From: a plasmid
Direction: 5' to 3' (one strand)
DNA length: 64,000 bases
Sequence record: NZ_CP049149.1
The position numbers and the translations under genes were made by a program. The notes under the pieces are model-generated. The model did no database searches, had not been told where the DNA came from, and saw only the letters and a program-made list of their open reading frames with translations. Positions 18,752-29,271 of this stretch are shown here, piece by piece; the first letter of the stretch is position 1, and each line of letters begins with the position of its first letter.

Positions 18752-18945
18752 GATTTAGTTTTCAGAAGACTTTCACGCTGATGGTTGGACTTTGTGTCCT
18801 TCTGCTCGGCGGTTGGGTCATGAATCTGTTGAAGCTGATCGCCAGCGGAGATCTGCATTCTCACGCCGGGATAACACTGGCCCGCGTCGTGGGGGTCTTT
18901 CTGGTGCCGGTTGGCGGCATCCTCGGCTTTTTTAACGCTGAATGA
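18748..18945 (+). CDS. small membrane protein (2 TM)
   Basis: LMVGLCVLLLGGWVMNLL and VVGVFLVPVGGILGFF hydrophobic helices; coupled to upstream gene. Confidence 0.45.
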   Translation: MRFSFQKTFTLMVGLCVLLLGGWVMNLLKLIASGDLHSHAGITLARVVGVFLVPVGGILGFFNAE

Positions 18946-18999
18946 TTTTCAGGGTTGCTTAAACAATTTGTTAAATCACTTAACTAATAGGGAAAACAC

Positions 19000-19425
19000 A
19001 TGTTAGGTTTTTTAAAAAAGAAAACGCGTAAAGCGGTTGTTGAAGTGAAAAAGATGGAGAACCGCGACGCTGTAGAGGCGACCGTCTGGGGTGCCTACAT
19101 GATCGCATACGCTGACGGCAACTGTGATGCCAAAGAGATCGCCATTCTTGAAAAAACCATCGCGGCGCTGCCAGCATTCTCTCCGTTCGCAGGCGAAATC
19201 GCGCAGATGAGCAGCAACATTCGCGCGCGTTATGAGGCATCTCCGCGCTCTGCCAATGCCCAGGCTCTGCGTGAGCTGGGTGACGTAGCCGGTACGCCGG
19301 AAGCTGTAGATGTGCTGTGCCTGTGCATCGACATTGCAGATCAGGATGGCATCGGCGAAGAAGAAGAGATTGTGCTTAAGAAAATCGCACAGGCGCTCCA
19401 GCTCTCTCTGGATGCGTACATCTAA
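19000..19425 (+). CDS. TerB-like domain protein (putative)
   Basis: two repeats of the ADG-x-D-x-E-x3-L pattern (YADGNCDAKEIAILEKTI; ADQDGIGEEEEIVLKKIAQAL) reminiscent of TerB; preceded by promoter-like repeat. Confidence 0.4.
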   Translation: MLGFLKKKTRKAVVEVKKMENRDAVEATVWGAYMIAYADGNCDAKEIAILEKTIAALPAFSPFAGEIAQMSSNIRARYEASPRSANAQALRELGDVAGTPEAVDVLCLCIDIADQDGIGEEEEIVLKKIAQALQLSLDAYI

Positions 19426-19580
19426 TGGCAGAGAAATTAAGGCTGGCCGTCGTCGCCATTCTTCTCGTGCTGGTCGTGCTGGTGGACTTCACTGGCAAAC
19501 TGATGTCTATCGCGGCAGATGGCGTGTTGGTTGGATTGGCTATCTACTTTGCCCAACCTCTACTTAAAAAATCGAAGTGA
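19425..19580 (+). CDS. small membrane protein (51 aa)
   Basis: TAATG overlap with upstream gene; LAVVAILLVLVVLV TM segment. Confidence 0.35.
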   Translation: MAEKLRLAVVAILLVLVVLVDFTGKLMSIAADGVLVGLAIYFAQPLLKKSK

Positions 19581-19584
19581 TCGC

Positions 19585-19612
19585 CGAGGGCCACCTGGCC
19601 CTCGATTCTTCT
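19585..19612 (+). terminator. stem-loop terminator candidate
   Basis: CGAGGGCCA CC TGGCCCTCG perfect 9-bp stem followed by T-rich stretch. Confidence 0.45.
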
Positions 19613-19707
19613 GGTTTAACCGTTATGACGCGTTTGCCCCCCTCTTCTGAATTGTCAGAATAAAGCCACCAAGAAAACAAATTATTTTAACAATTAAGGA
19701 AAAACAC

Positions 19708-20286
19708 ATGTGTGATAAATGCACCGCCGCTAACGCTGAAGTAAAGAAGATCATTAATGAAGTCGGGGCTAAAAAACTCGTAGGGATGCTTGATTCTATA
19801 ACTGGTCATGGTGACGCTCATCCGCTGGAACGCATCATGGCCATCGTCCAGGTCATGGACTTATTTGATGAACCAATGAAAATCCTGATGCTTGCTCGTC
19901 ACTTTGGCGGGGCGTATGTGGAAGAGCATGAACGTGCCAATAAACTGCAGGCAACTCTGGACATGATGAGCGAACCAAAATGCGCGCCGGCGCCAGAGCT
20001 CTCCGGAGACAATATGGGCATTGAAAGCAAAGAGCGGGAGATCGCCAGCCTTAAGTCTTCTTTAGGCATGTTAATTACCGCCTTTAAACTAATGGCAACC
20101 CATAACGGTTTCAAAATGCCAGAGCTAACCGGCGATGAACATCCCGCTGCTATTCGCCAGCTACTTGGTGCCATGACGGATAATATGGATGAAGCGAAGA
20201 GCCCTATCGAAGATATGATGCGAGAACTTGCCCACCGCCACGATCTAAATGACCAGCCGCACAAGATGCAGCAAGTCAGCCACTGA
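19708..20286 (+). CDS. hypothetical protein, paralog A of a duplicated cassette (192 aa)
   Basis: ~50% identical over full length to 28346-28915 (N-terminal MCxxC, conserved C-terminus KCAP...FKMPE...DMMRELAHRHDL); preceded by promoter-like repeat. Confidence 0.6.
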   Translation: MCDKCTAANAEVKKIINEVGAKKLVGMLDSITGHGDAHPLERIMAIVQVMDLFDEPMKILMLARHFGGAYVEEHERANKLQATLDMMSEPKCAPAPELSGDNMGIESKEREIASLKSSLGMLITAFKLMATHNGFKMPELTGDEHPAAIRQLLGAMTDNMDEAKSPIEDMMRELAHRHDLNDQPHKMQQVSH

Positions 20287-20298
20287 ACCTGAAATAGC

Positions 20299-20318
20299 AA
20301 GGGGGCGAGAGCCCCCTT
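20299..20318 (+). terminator. GC hairpin after paralog A
   Basis: AAGGGGGC GAGA GCCCCCTT; same structure follows paralog B. Confidence 0.4.
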
Positions 20319-20414
20319 CCCCTCCTCCGTAGCCCTCTGTATAGATCTTTTACGCCTTTTCTTATCTGAGATAATAAAACCAATAGGAAAACAAATTGTT
20401 TATATGGTGGGATT

Positions 20415-20630
20415 ATGAGTGCTGCGCTTTCTGTCCTTGAGTCTTTTGCTTCGAACACCGGTATCGACCACAGCAAAGAGATGAACGTCATCCATGCAAT
20501 CGTGGCCGAGTGCGAGAAAGGGATCGCGTTCATGCACCAGGTTCACGACTTCACTTATGGCGACGAACGTCACTGGAATAAGTGTTTAAGATTTGTACTA
20601 CGTACATTGGAAGTGGAAATTATTTGGTAG
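20415..20630 (+). CDS. small hypothetical protein (71 aa)
   Basis: follows promoter-like repeat; N-terminus homologous to truncated ORF at 29035. Confidence 0.45.
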   Translation: MSAALSVLESFASNTGIDHSKEMNVIHAIVAECEKGIAFMHQVHDFTYGDERHWNKCLRFVLRTLEVEIIW

Positions 20631-20691
20631 GGATATAAGATCATATCCCTAAGCTCTTTTAAGAAAAAATTTCTTAATAACCTAATGTAAT

Positions 20692-23600
20692 TTAAATCCT
20701 TCCTCCAACCCCTTTAAATTTTTCGATAAACGCCCCAATTTTTTGGAATACGGTCTGCTTTTTCGTTTTGTACTGAGGATTCAGTGGACTGAGTTTTGGT
20801 AGCGTCTCATTTAACTCCGTCCCATTTTCGGTAGCATATTCCCGTTTGAGTGATGTACGGATATAGCGCCTTGCCGCCTCTTCATTGAGGTTTTCTTCCT
20901 TAATCAACGCTTCCGCTTCCTGTTGCTGTTCACGCTGAGCATAGGTAAAGAATGCATCAATGATACTGGCCTTATCCGGCATGTCATCAAGGTTAGTTTG
21001 CTGAATAAAGTCAACAATCAGACCTTCTTTGGCACGGTTGCCCAGACTTGACCGGATTAAGCGTCGGACCTCTTCAGTCAGGGCTTCTTTACCCTTTTTC
21101 TGACGGTTGTGGTCAAAAATCAGGCCCAGAATGTAGTCCAGGTTAATCTCTTGCGACTTGAGCAGGTCAATTTCAAACACCACGTCATCCCAGTCCGTGG
21201 TTGATGTATCCCTGTCGTTTGCTGCTTTTTCACGTCGCTGCCAGTCCCGGATATCATTGTAAGCTGAGCGGTAGTCCTGAACTTTACGTTCGGCAGGGAG
21301 GCGAATGGTTTGTAATTCAGCAAATTTTTCATCATCCACGTAGTGCTCTGCTTTAAAGGTTTCTACCGCTTCCGGGTCACTAATATCAACCTTCTGCAGG
21401 GCTTTCAGCGTGGCAAATTCATCGTAGTTTTGCAGGATGTTTTCTGCCCGCAGATATTCACCAAACAGTTTGACGAAGGCTTTTTTCTCTTTTTCACTGT
21501 CGATACTGGCAGGGTCAGGGAAGCGCTGCTCCAGCTCCGAAACAATAGACATAAAACCTCGTTTAGCTTCGCCGGTTGCCGCATCGCTAAAGCCCTGCAT
21601 GTACTCTTCGTAGCTTTTTTCCAGTACCACATTCTTGGTGTTTTTGTCGCCAAAAAGTGTAATGGCATCAATGGTGGGACGCTCCAGGTCCCTGAAAGTC
21701 ACGATATTGCCGAAGGTTTTGGTTGCATCATAGATACGGTTGGTGCGTGAGAATGCCTGCATCAGACCGTGATAACGCAGGTTTTTGTCAACGAACAGAG
21801 TATTGAGAGTCGGAGCATCAAAGCCAGTCAAGAACATTCCCACCACGATGAGAAGGTCAATATCCTGATTTTTCACTCGTTGAGCTAAATCGCGGTAGTA
21901 GTTCTGGAAACCGTTACTGTCGGTGCTGAAATTGGTTTTAAAGTGATTGTTATAGTCATCAATGGCTGAATCCAGGAATTCCTTTGCGCTGCTGTTCATT
22001 GCACTGGTATCAAAACTTTCGTCGGTAATATCACCAATGGCGCTTTGCTCTTCATTAGCAGCAAAAGAGAAGATAGTTGCAACCCGAAGGCGTTTATAGC
22101 TGCCTGATTTTTTTGCTGCTTCTTCCTGTAGTACTTTAAACGTCGAGTAATAAGCTTTTGCCGCTTCCACACTGCTAACTGCTAACATGGCGTTAAAGCC
22201 CTTAGCTCCCGGGAAGGTTCGGTGCGTTTTCTGACGGAAGTTATTGAGAATGTATTGCGTTATTTCCTGGATACGCAGTGGGTGTAAAAATGCCTGTTGG
22301 TTTTCAGCCGCGCTGAGTTTTTTCTCATCAGTTTCCGTTTCAAGAGACTTAAACTGTGGGCGGACATCGTTATAGTCCACCTTAAACTTCAGCACTTTTT
22401 CATCACGAATCGCATCAGTAATGACGTAAGAATGTAATTCACGCCCGAAGACGCTGGCGGTGGTTTCTGCCCCCAGTGCATTTTCCGGGAAAATAGGCGT
22501 ACCAGTAAAACCAAACTGATAAAAGCGTCTGAATTTCTTTTTGAGGTTTTTCTGGGCCTCACCAAACTGGCTGCGGTGACACTCATCAAAGATAAACACC
22601 ACCTGCTGCTGATAGACGGGCAGGTCAGCTTCGGCTTTCATCAGATTATTGAGTTTCTGAATGGTTGTGACGATAATTTTGTTATCGTCCTTATCCAGGT
22701 TTCTTCTGAGGCCTGCTGTATTATCCGAACCATTGACACTGTCCGGAGAGAAGCGCTGATACTCCTTCATGGTCTGGTAATCGAGGTCTTTCCTGTCGAC
22801 CACGAAGAAGACTTTATCGATAAAGTCCAGCTCAGTAGCCAGACGTGCGGCCTTAAAGCTGGTCAGGGTTTTTCCTGACCCTGTGGTATGCCAGATAAAT
22901 CCACCGCTTTCGGGTTTTGACCAGTTCTTCGCTTTAAAAGAGCTGTTGATTTTCCAGAGAATGCGCTCGGTGGCGGCAATCTGATAGGGGCGCATGACGA
23001 GCAGCGTCTGGCTGCTGTCAAACACGCTGTAATTAAACAGAACATTCAGCAGAGTATGCTTCTGGAAGAAAGTGGCGGTAAAGTCCTTCAGGTCCTTAAT
23101 CAGAGTGTTATCCGACTTCGCCCAGTTCATGGTGAAATCAAAGCTGTTTTTATCCCGCTTAGTGGTACTGGCAAAGTACCGGGTATCGGTTCCGTTAGAT
23201 ATCACAAACAGTTGCAGGTATTTAAACAGAGAGTTGTCGCTGTTAAAGCTTTCCTTACTGTAACGGTGTATCTGGTTAAAGGCTTCACGAATCGCCACGC
23301 CGCGCTTTTTGAGTTCGATTTGCACCAGCGGCAGGCCGTTGACCAGAATCGTAACATCATAACGGTTAGCGTGTGAGCCGGTCTGTTCAAACTGCTGAAT
23401 GACCTGCACCTTATTGCGCAGCAGGTTCTTTTTATCTATCAAATAGATGTTTTCCAGACGACCATCATCAAACGTAAAATCACAGATATAGTCGATATGG
23501 ATTTTACGGGTTTTGTCCAGGCTGCTGTCACTGGGGCTGTCCAGATATTGCTCTGCGAAGCGCCGCCATTCACTTTCGTTAAACACCACACCATTAAGAC

Positions 23601-23808
23601 GCTGAAGCTGGTCCCGCACATTCGCCAGCATCGCAGTCGGTGACTTAACGGAGATAAACTCATAACCCTGATTAAGAAGATCCTGAATCAGCGCCCGCTC
23701 AAGGTCCGATTCGCTCTGGTAGCTGTCACCGGTATCCATAACTTTTGTGTATTTATCAAGGACGATAAAGTTATTGGATTCAGCAATAGTGTGTGTTTGA
23801 TGAGTCAT
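20692..23808 (-). CDS. hsdR: type I restriction enzyme R subunit
   Basis: SF2 translocase motifs WHTTGSGKT (Walker A), [10 protein letters not shown] (DEAH/DECH box), TGTPI, C-terminal helical domain; 1038 aa; low GC. Confidence 0.9.
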   Translation of the reverse strand: MTHQTHTIAESNNFIVLDKYTKVMDTGDSYQSESDLERALIQDLLNQGYEFISVKSPTAMLANVRDQLQRLNGVVFNESEWRRFAEQYLDSPSDSSLDKTRKIHIDYICDFTFDDGRLENIYLIDKKNLLRNKVQVIQQFEQTGSHANRYDVTILVNGLPLVQIELKKRGVAIREAFNQIHRYSKESFNSDNSLFKYLQLFVISNGTDTRYFASTTKRDKNSFDFTMNWAKSDNTLIKDLKDFTATFFQKHTLLNVLFNYSVFDSSQTLLVMRPYQIAATERILWKINSSFKAKNWSKPESGGFIWHTTGSGKTLTSFKAARLATELDFIDKVFFVVDRKDLDYQTMKEYQRFSPDSVNGSDNTAGLRRNLDKDDNKIIVTTIQKLNNLMKAEADLPVYQQQVVFIFDECHRSQFGEAQKNLKKKFRRFYQFGFTGTPIFPENALGAETTASVFGRELHSYVITDAIRDEKVLKFKVDYNDVRPQFKSLETETDEKKLSAAENQQAFLHPLRIQEITQYILNNFRQKTHRTFPGAKGFNAMLAVSSVEAAKAYYSTFKVLQEEAAKKSGSYKRLRVATIFSFAANEEQSAIGDITDESFDTSAMNSSAKEFLDSAIDDYNNHFKTNFSTDSNGFQNYYRDLAQRVKNQDIDLLIVVGMFLTGFDAPTLNTLFVDKNLRYHGLMQAFSRTNRIYDATKTFGNIVTFRDLERPTIDAITLFGDKNTKNVVLEKSYEEYMQGFSDAATGEAKRGFMSIVSELEQRFPDPASIDSEKEKKAFVKLFGEYLRAENILQNYDEFATLKALQKVDISDPEAVETFKAEHYVDDEKFAELQTIRLPAERKVQDYRSAYNDIRDWQRREKAANDRDTSTTDWDDVVFEIDLLKSQEINLDYILGLIFDHNRQKKGKEALTEEVRRLIRSSLGNRAKEGLIVDFIQQTNLDDMPDKASIIDAFFTYAQREQQQEAEALIKEENLNEEAARRYIRTSLKREYATENGTELNETLPKLSPLNPQYKTKKQTVFQKIGAFIEKFKGVGGRI

Positions 23809-23929
23809 AGCGCATCCTTTGTGCCGCCTGGCAAGGGCCGGAAGGGAGTTAAGAGTGACTTCCGGCGTGTAAAAAATAGTCTATATACTGACCGGGTGTT
23901 AAGGTGGCCCGATCGGTAGCAATGGTCAA

Positions 23930-25198
23930 TTAATTACTGACAGTTTCAGGTTTCGGGAAACTGAAAAGTAAATCACGGTAGTATTCGTATTGTTTCTGGC
24001 GCAACTCGATTTCACGCGGGAGACCTTCAGTGATGGAGTTGGTCAGTGTGTCGAATTTATCCAGAATCCGAACGATTTCAGACTGGATGGCAAGGGATTT
24101 TTCCGGATTGTCCGGGCAGGGGATTGGGATTTTCAGTTTGTTTAAAACGGATTGTGTTTGGCTTGGTACTCCTCCTGCTTGGTTCATTTCGCCAAGGCCA
24201 ACCGTCGTTAAGAAGTAGTAAAGATACTTTGGCCTAATTTGTGCTTCATCAATTTCCGTATAAAAAATGGTGTCAACGGTCCAGAATGGAACATCGATGA
24301 AAAATAAATTACCAAGCGAGCCTTTTCTCGGAATTAAGACTGAAGGCTTATTATAGGCATAGGTATCTACATATCGCATGATTCCACCTGAACCGTAAAC
24401 AGGGAACTCGCCTTCGCTGAGAGATTTATGATCCTTGCCATTTCTGATGCGAGCCAAATCACTCAATGGCAACCACTCAACCTCAACCCCATCCAGCAAT
24501 TTTTCCAGATAAATAGGTTTTTCCTGCTCCTCATCAAAACTCAGCAACTGGTCGCGATAGTAGTTGTACTGCTTTTTGCGCATGGTAAGTTCAGCTGTAA
24601 GTTCAGCTGTAAGTTCAGCTGTAAGTGCAGTAAACTTATCCAGAATCCGGACGATTTCAGACTGGATAGCAAGGGACTTGTCCGGTTTATTCGGACAAGG
24701 TATAGGGATTTTGAATCCTCCCATTACTGCTGAGTTCAAGTTGTTGATGGTTGAGCTATTCAACATTTCATCGAGATATTTTTGAAAAATATCACTTGTT
24801 AAAACGTGAAATAAATAACGCGGATTTAATTTTTCATCGCATCTGACAACACCCATAAATCCGCCAAAGTAGTAGTCAATATCTGATTCAATGTAAGCAA
24901 CTTTTCCAACATGTTCACGGCTACCACTTGCTGCGCTTATCAGTATGTCGTCCTTATATAGTTTTTGCGAATCCTTTACTTTGGTGTCAAACTTCACCAG
25001 TTTGACATCATTTAAATTTAAACAATTACTAGACAAAGTGATATTGTTAGCACGAAGGACCCTGTAACCTTGACCATCTGCGCTTTCATTCGATTTGCTG
25101 TAAGTTAAACCACGTATATATTTCGCGACTTCTCCCAGAGTCTTCCACTCAACAACAACTCCATCTAGCAATTTGTCTAGATAACTCAGCTTGCTCAT
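23930..25198 (-). CDS. hsdS: type I restriction-modification specificity subunit (two TRDs, IC-family central repeat)
   Basis: two target-recognition halves each followed by [15 protein letters not shown]; central [14 protein letters not shown] and conserved [10 protein letters not shown] / [10 protein letters not shown] blocks; start overlaps hsdM stop. Confidence 0.9.
   Translation of the reverse strand: MSKLSYLDKLLDGVVVEWKTLGEVAKYIRGLTYSKSNESADGQGYRVLRANNITLSSNCLNLNDVKLVKFDTKVKDSQKLYKDDILISAASGSREHVGKVAYIESDIDYYFGGFMGVVRCDEKLNPRYLFHVLTSDIFQKYLDEMLNSSTINNLNSAVMGGFKIPIPCPNKPDKSLAIQSEIVRILDKFTALTAELTAELTAELTMRKKQYNYYRDQLLSFDEEQEKPIYLEKLLDGVEVEWLPLSDLARIRNGKDHKSLSEGEFPVYGSGGIMRYVDTYAYNKPSVLIPRKGSLGNLFFIDVPFWTVDTIFYTEIDEAQIRPKYLYYFLTTVGLGEMNQAGGVPSQTQSVLNKLKIPIPCPDNPEKSLAIQSEIVRILDKFDTLTNSITEGLPREIELRQKQYEYYRDLLFSFPKPETVSN
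24584..24631 (-). repeat. 12-bp tandem repeat encoding (TAEL)3 in HsdS central spacer
   Basis: GTAAGTTCAGCT x3 plus degenerate 4th unit on plus strand = ACAGCTGAACTT codons on minus strand. Confidence 0.8.
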
Positions 25199-26751
25199 GA
25201 CTGCACCTCACGGCCTTCAATTTCAGCCACAATTACATCGATATCCTTACGTAACTGATCGATTTTGCCGACGGTGATTTTCAGTTCAGTATTCAGTTCG
25301 GAGATATCAATTATTTCTCGGGTATTCATGGCTTCGACGTAGCTGCTGACTGACAGGTTATAGTTATTGGCGGCAACTGTTTCATGAGGGATAGTTTTAG
25401 CGAGGTGGTCAATATCCGCTTTGCTGGCAAAGGCCTGCATAATCTGTTCGATATGACCATCAGTCAGGATATTGTTATTGGTTTCTTTCTTGAACAAACC
25501 GCTGGCATCAATAAACTGAACACTGGTGTCAGTTTTATGTTTAGACAGCACCAGAATGTTAACGGCAATGGTGGTGCCGAAGAACAGGTTTGGCGCGAGT
25601 GAAATCACCGTTTCAACATAGTTGTTGTCGACCAGGTACTGGCGGATTTTCTGCTCTGCACCGCCACGGTAGAAAATACCGGGGAAGCAGACTATTGCTG
25701 CACGTCCTTTAGCAGACAGGTAGTTCAGCGCATGTAGTACAAACGCAAAGTCAGCTTTTGATTTCGGGGCCAGTACGCCAGCTGGAGCAAAGCGCTCATC
25801 GTTAATCAGGGTCGGGTCGTCACTGCCAATCCACTTAACCGAGTACGGAGGGTTAGAGACAATCGCATCGAACGGTTTTTCATCGCCAAAGTGAGGCTCA
25901 GTCAGGGTATTCCCCAGTCTGATATCAAATTTGTCGTAGTTGATGTTATGTAGGAACATGTTCATACGCGCCAGGTTAAAGGTTGTATGATTTATCTCCT
26001 GACCATAAAAACCTTCTTCAATGATATGGTTATCAAAGTGTTTTTTCGCCTGAAGCAGCAGTGAACCGGAGCCAGCTGCAGGGTCATAGATTTTGTTGAC
26101 GTGAGTCTGACCGTGCATCGCAAGCTGAGCAATCAGCTTAGAGACGTGCTGAGGTGTGAAGAACTCCCCGCCAGACTTACCGGCATTTGCCGCATAGTTA
26201 GAAATCAGGAACTCGTAGGCATCACCAAACAGGTCAATCTGGTGCTCGTTAAAATTCCCCAGTTTTAGCCCCTCAACGCCTTTGAGAACGGCGGCAAGAC
26301 GGGTGTTTTTGTCTTTGACTGTGTTACCCAGTCGATTGCTGGTCGTATCGAAATCGGCGAACAGGCCTTTGATGTCGGCCTCCGACGGGTAGCCGTAGGC
26401 AGAGCTTTCTATAGCGACGAAGATACTGTTTAAATCAGCATTTAGCCTGTCGTTGGTGTTCGCTTTAGCGGCAACGTTGCAGAACAGCTGGCTCGGGTAG
26501 ATGAAATAGCCTTTAGTCCTGATGGCATCGTCTTTGATGTCATCGGTAATGATGCTGTCATCAAGTGCTGCATAATGTATGCTCTCATCCCCTGCTTCCA
26601 TGTAGCTGGAAAAATTCTCACTGATGAAGCGGTAGAAAAGGGCACCGAGTACATACTGTTTAAAATCCCATCCATCTACGGAGCCTCTGACATCATTGGC
26701 AATGGCCCAGATTTGGCGGTGTAGCTCTGCACGCTGCTGAAGGCTTGTCAT
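25195..26751 (-). CDS. hsdM: type I R-M N6-adenine DNA methyltransferase subunit
   Basis: N-terminal HsdM domain ([37 protein letters not shown]), AdoMet motif [11 protein letters not shown], motif IV NPPY. Confidence 0.9.
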   Translation of the reverse strand: MTSLQQRAELHRQIWAIANDVRGSVDGWDFKQYVLGALFYRFISENFSSYMEAGDESIHYAALDDSIITDDIKDDAIRTKGYFIYPSQLFCNVAAKANTNDRLNADLNSIFVAIESSAYGYPSEADIKGLFADFDTTSNRLGNTVKDKNTRLAAVLKGVEGLKLGNFNEHQIDLFGDAYEFLISNYAANAGKSGGEFFTPQHVSKLIAQLAMHGQTHVNKIYDPAAGSGSLLLQAKKHFDNHIIEEGFYGQEINHTTFNLARMNMFLHNINYDKFDIRLGNTLTEPHFGDEKPFDAIVSNPPYSVKWIGSDDPTLINDERFAPAGVLAPKSKADFAFVLHALNYLSAKGRAAIVCFPGIFYRGGAEQKIRQYLVDNNYVETVISLAPNLFFGTTIAVNILVLSKHKTDTSVQFIDASGLFKKETNNNILTDGHIEQIMQAFASKADIDHLAKTIPHETVAANNYNLSVSSYVEAMNTREIIDISELNTELKITVGKIDQLRKDIDVIVAEIEGREVQS

Positions 26752-26999
26752 TTTGTATCCTGTTGTATGATTCTTAAGTACTGTTATTGGCCCGATTTTA
26801 TCGCAATTTCATATTGATGACAGGCTTTGTATGTCATACGTTGCACTGAGAGTTCGTTTGCCCGGTTGTGTAGCCAACACTCTTTCAGTCAGGCCAGTAG
26901 AAACGTTGTGCTGACGATAAATACTGAAGCCCCAATACTATCGGGGCTGAACGTTCAGTCGGTGAGAATTTCTTCATCCGTATCCATTGTGGATGGTGA

Positions 27000-28200
27000 T
27001 CAGGGCGAGAGCGTGAACAAATTGTTAAATTGACTTCAATTCAGCCAGCCCTGCGTCCAGTACCTTTTCCAGATATGGGCTGCTCATGCCCGCAAATTGC
27101 TGCTTCTTCCGTAAGCTTGCCTTACGGCTGGTTTCGGCTCGCAGCATGTTTTGCGCCATGTGTCGTGCACAGGCCAATATTTGAGGGGCATCACCTCGAT
27201 ATATCTGGCAGGCATCCTCATTCATCACGACATCCAGTACCCAATGCAGTTGGTTTTCGATGCCCCAATGACTGCGCACCCCGTTGGCAAATTGCTCTTC
27301 GGTTAGTTCAGCCGAGCTGATGTAGTAACGGTACTCTAGCGATTCATGCCCCTTGCTGTCGCACCGATAACCGATGGCAACCCCCAAGCTGGATAAACCT
27401 TTCCAGGCCGGGAACTGCTCGGCTATCGCCCCAACTGGCATGACATGGTACTCACGGATCTCTATTCGCCCCCGTGAGCGCTCTATCTTGGCCTGATGGC
27501 TACCTTCTCGGGCCTGCAGCGCCATGGCCTCACGTACTGCGCGATATAGGGTTTCTTGGTTGCCTTTGACTGCCAGTAGATAGTCGCCTCCCTTATCGAC
27601 TATCTTGGCAGCAATCTCGGTTTGGCAACCCATAGCATCAATGGACACCAAACAACCACGGACATCCAGCAACACCAGTAATTCCGGAATAGCAGTGATT
27701 TCATTGGACTTAGTGTCTGTCTTGACCTGTCCCAGCACCACGCCATTGGCGCTGGCAAACGCGCTGACCATGTGGATGGTGGATTGCCGATCCTCACGGT
27801 TATATGAACTACGTAGAACCTTGCCATCAATAGCAATCAATTCACCACTGACGCGTTTGTGGACGACTTTCATCCATTTGAGGAAACAAGCCTGAAATTC
27901 GTCTGGCGCCAGCCGGGATATCACTCTGGCAATGGTGTCGTGCACAGGAAGTCCGTTGGGAAACAAGCCTTTATCCTGGAGCCAGCGGCAATGGGCCTGA
28001 CCGAAGTCTTCAATATCTTCCCAGCCTTCACATCCACCAATGACGGCGCATACCGTCAGGAACACGATGTCGAACAAGGGGTAAGCAATTTTTGCCGACT
28101 GACGCGGGTCCTGAAGATCAGCAAAAATTTCAGCAAAGGCATCCAGTTGCATTGATGTACTCCCAGAAAAGGAAGTATCAGATCACAACTGATCCCCAGG
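27000..28200 (-). mobile_element. ISAs1-family insertion sequence (boundaries approximate)
   Basis: transposase ORF fills the element; terminal inverted repeats not confidently identified; sits between hsdM promoter region and paralog B promoter repeat. Confidence 0.45.
27025..28152 (-). CDS. ISAs1-family (H-repeat-associated) transposase
   Basis: N-terminus MQLDAFAEIFADLQDPRQSAKIAYPLFDIVFLTVCAVIGGCEGWEDIEDFG characteristic of H-repeat/ISAs1 transposases; DDE region present. Confidence 0.8.
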   Translation of the reverse strand: MQLDAFAEIFADLQDPRQSAKIAYPLFDIVFLTVCAVIGGCEGWEDIEDFGQAHCRWLQDKGLFPNGLPVHDTIARVISRLAPDEFQACFLKWMKVVHKRVSGELIAIDGKVLRSSYNREDRQSTIHMVSAFASANGVVLGQVKTDTKSNEITAIPELLVLLDVRGCLVSIDAMGCQTEIAAKIVDKGGDYLLAVKGNQETLYRAVREAMALQAREGSHQAKIERSRGRIEIREYHVMPVGAIAEQFPAWKGLSSLGVAIGYRCDSKGHESLEYRYYISSAELTEEQFANGVRSHWGIENQLHWVLDVVMNEDACQIYRGDAPQILACARHMAQNMLRAETSRKASLRKKQQFAGMSSPYLEKVLDAGLAELKSI

Positions 28201-28345
28201 TCAAAATGTACTGTGCTCGGTTAAAAAACGTTCATGATCTTGCCCTGCCCTGCTCTCCCTTAAACACAAACTTTCTTGTCATTACGTATAATGTGATAAT
28301 AAGACATATAAGAAAACATTTTGTTTAAACTAATAAGTAAATGAC

Positions 28346-28915
28346 ATGTGTCTGAATTGCAAAGATAAATACGCAGAGATGAATGCAAAATTTGAAGAAA
28401 TGGAAGTCGTGGATCTGGTAAAAATGCTTGGTATAGTGCGCGGCACAGAGCAGTCTTCAGTGCCTGAAAGACTGATTACTGTCGTTAAATTCGCTTCAAT
28501 TTTTGATGACCCAATGGAAATCATTGGCCTGGCGCACCAACTAGGTGTTCACTATCTGGCAGAGAAAGATCGCGCCGATAAAATGCAATCCACACTGAAT
28601 ATGGTCAGCGAGCAGAAATGCGCACCGAGCGCCAGCAAAACTGACGAAACTGTCGCCAGTAAAGACCGCGAAATTGCCGGTCTGAAATCTTCGATGGCCA
28701 TACTTATTTCTGCCTTTAAGTTGATGACCACCCAGACAGGTTTCAAAATGCCTGAGATGAACAATGAAGATCCGATGGCTGTGCGTGAACTGTTGGGCGC
28801 GCTGGCCGACCAGCTGGACACCAAGAAAAGCCGCCTGGAAGACATGATGCGCGAGCTAACCCACCGACACGATCTGACTAAACAGCCGCACAAAGCGCAG
28901 CACGCGAATCACTAA
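28346..28915 (+). CDS. hypothetical protein, paralog B of duplicated cassette (189 aa)
   Basis: homolog of 19708-20286; own promoter-like repeat at 28295-28330. Confidence 0.6.
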   Translation: MCLNCKDKYAEMNAKFEEMEVVDLVKMLGIVRGTEQSSVPERLITVVKFASIFDDPMEIIGLAHQLGVHYLAEKDRADKMQSTLNMVSEQKCAPSASKTDETVASKDREIAGLKSSMAILISAFKLMTTQTGFKMPEMNNEDPMAVRELLGALADQLDTKKSRLEDMMRELTHRHDLTKQPHKAQHANH

Positions 28916-28932
28916 TCGCTTGACTCAATGAC

Positions 28933-28952
28933 GGGGGCGAAGCCCCCTTTTC
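28933..28952 (+). terminator. rho-independent terminator
   Basis: GGGGGC GAA GCCCCC + TTTTC. Confidence 0.5.
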
Positions 28953-29034
28953 ATGCCTGTAAATCCTCCTACTATGCCTTTTGAGCTCTGAAAAATAACA
29001 CCAATAAGAAAACAAATTGTTTAATGCTTTTATT

Positions 29035-29124
29035 ATGAATACAGCCCTTTCTATTGTTGATGACATTAGTCTGAACACTGAAATCGACTATCGGCAGGAG
29101 ATGGGTGTTATGGAGCCAGTCTAG
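29035..29124 (+). pseudogene. truncated copy (29 aa) of the 20415-20630 small gene
   Basis: MNTALSIVDDISLNTEIDYRQEMGVM aligns with MSAALSVLESFASNTGIDHSKEMNVI then terminates; downstream DNA is a lower-GC insertion. Confidence 0.35.
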
Positions 29125-29271
29125 ACGACGATACCATTCTGCTATTCTTCAAACACGGAAACATCCACTTTCTGGTTGGCTCTCAAGCTACTAGGTTATT
29201 CATGTCCGTAGGTGGAAATAAGTGTGCCAACAGATGTTATGGTAAATAAGAGTGATGTGAAGCTATGAATC

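Noticed and set aside
18247-18945. Rz/Rz1 spanin pair
   Set aside because: The outer ORF lacks an N-terminal TM helix, and the embedded ORF has a signal peptide but no cysteine, hence no lipobox.
27000-28200. Terminal inverted repeats and target-site duplication of the IS
   Set aside because: No convincing IR pair was found by eye. The AACAAATTGTT-like sequence at 27015-27029 overlaps the transposase stop codon, so it may be IS-internal rather than a disrupted phage promoter repeat.
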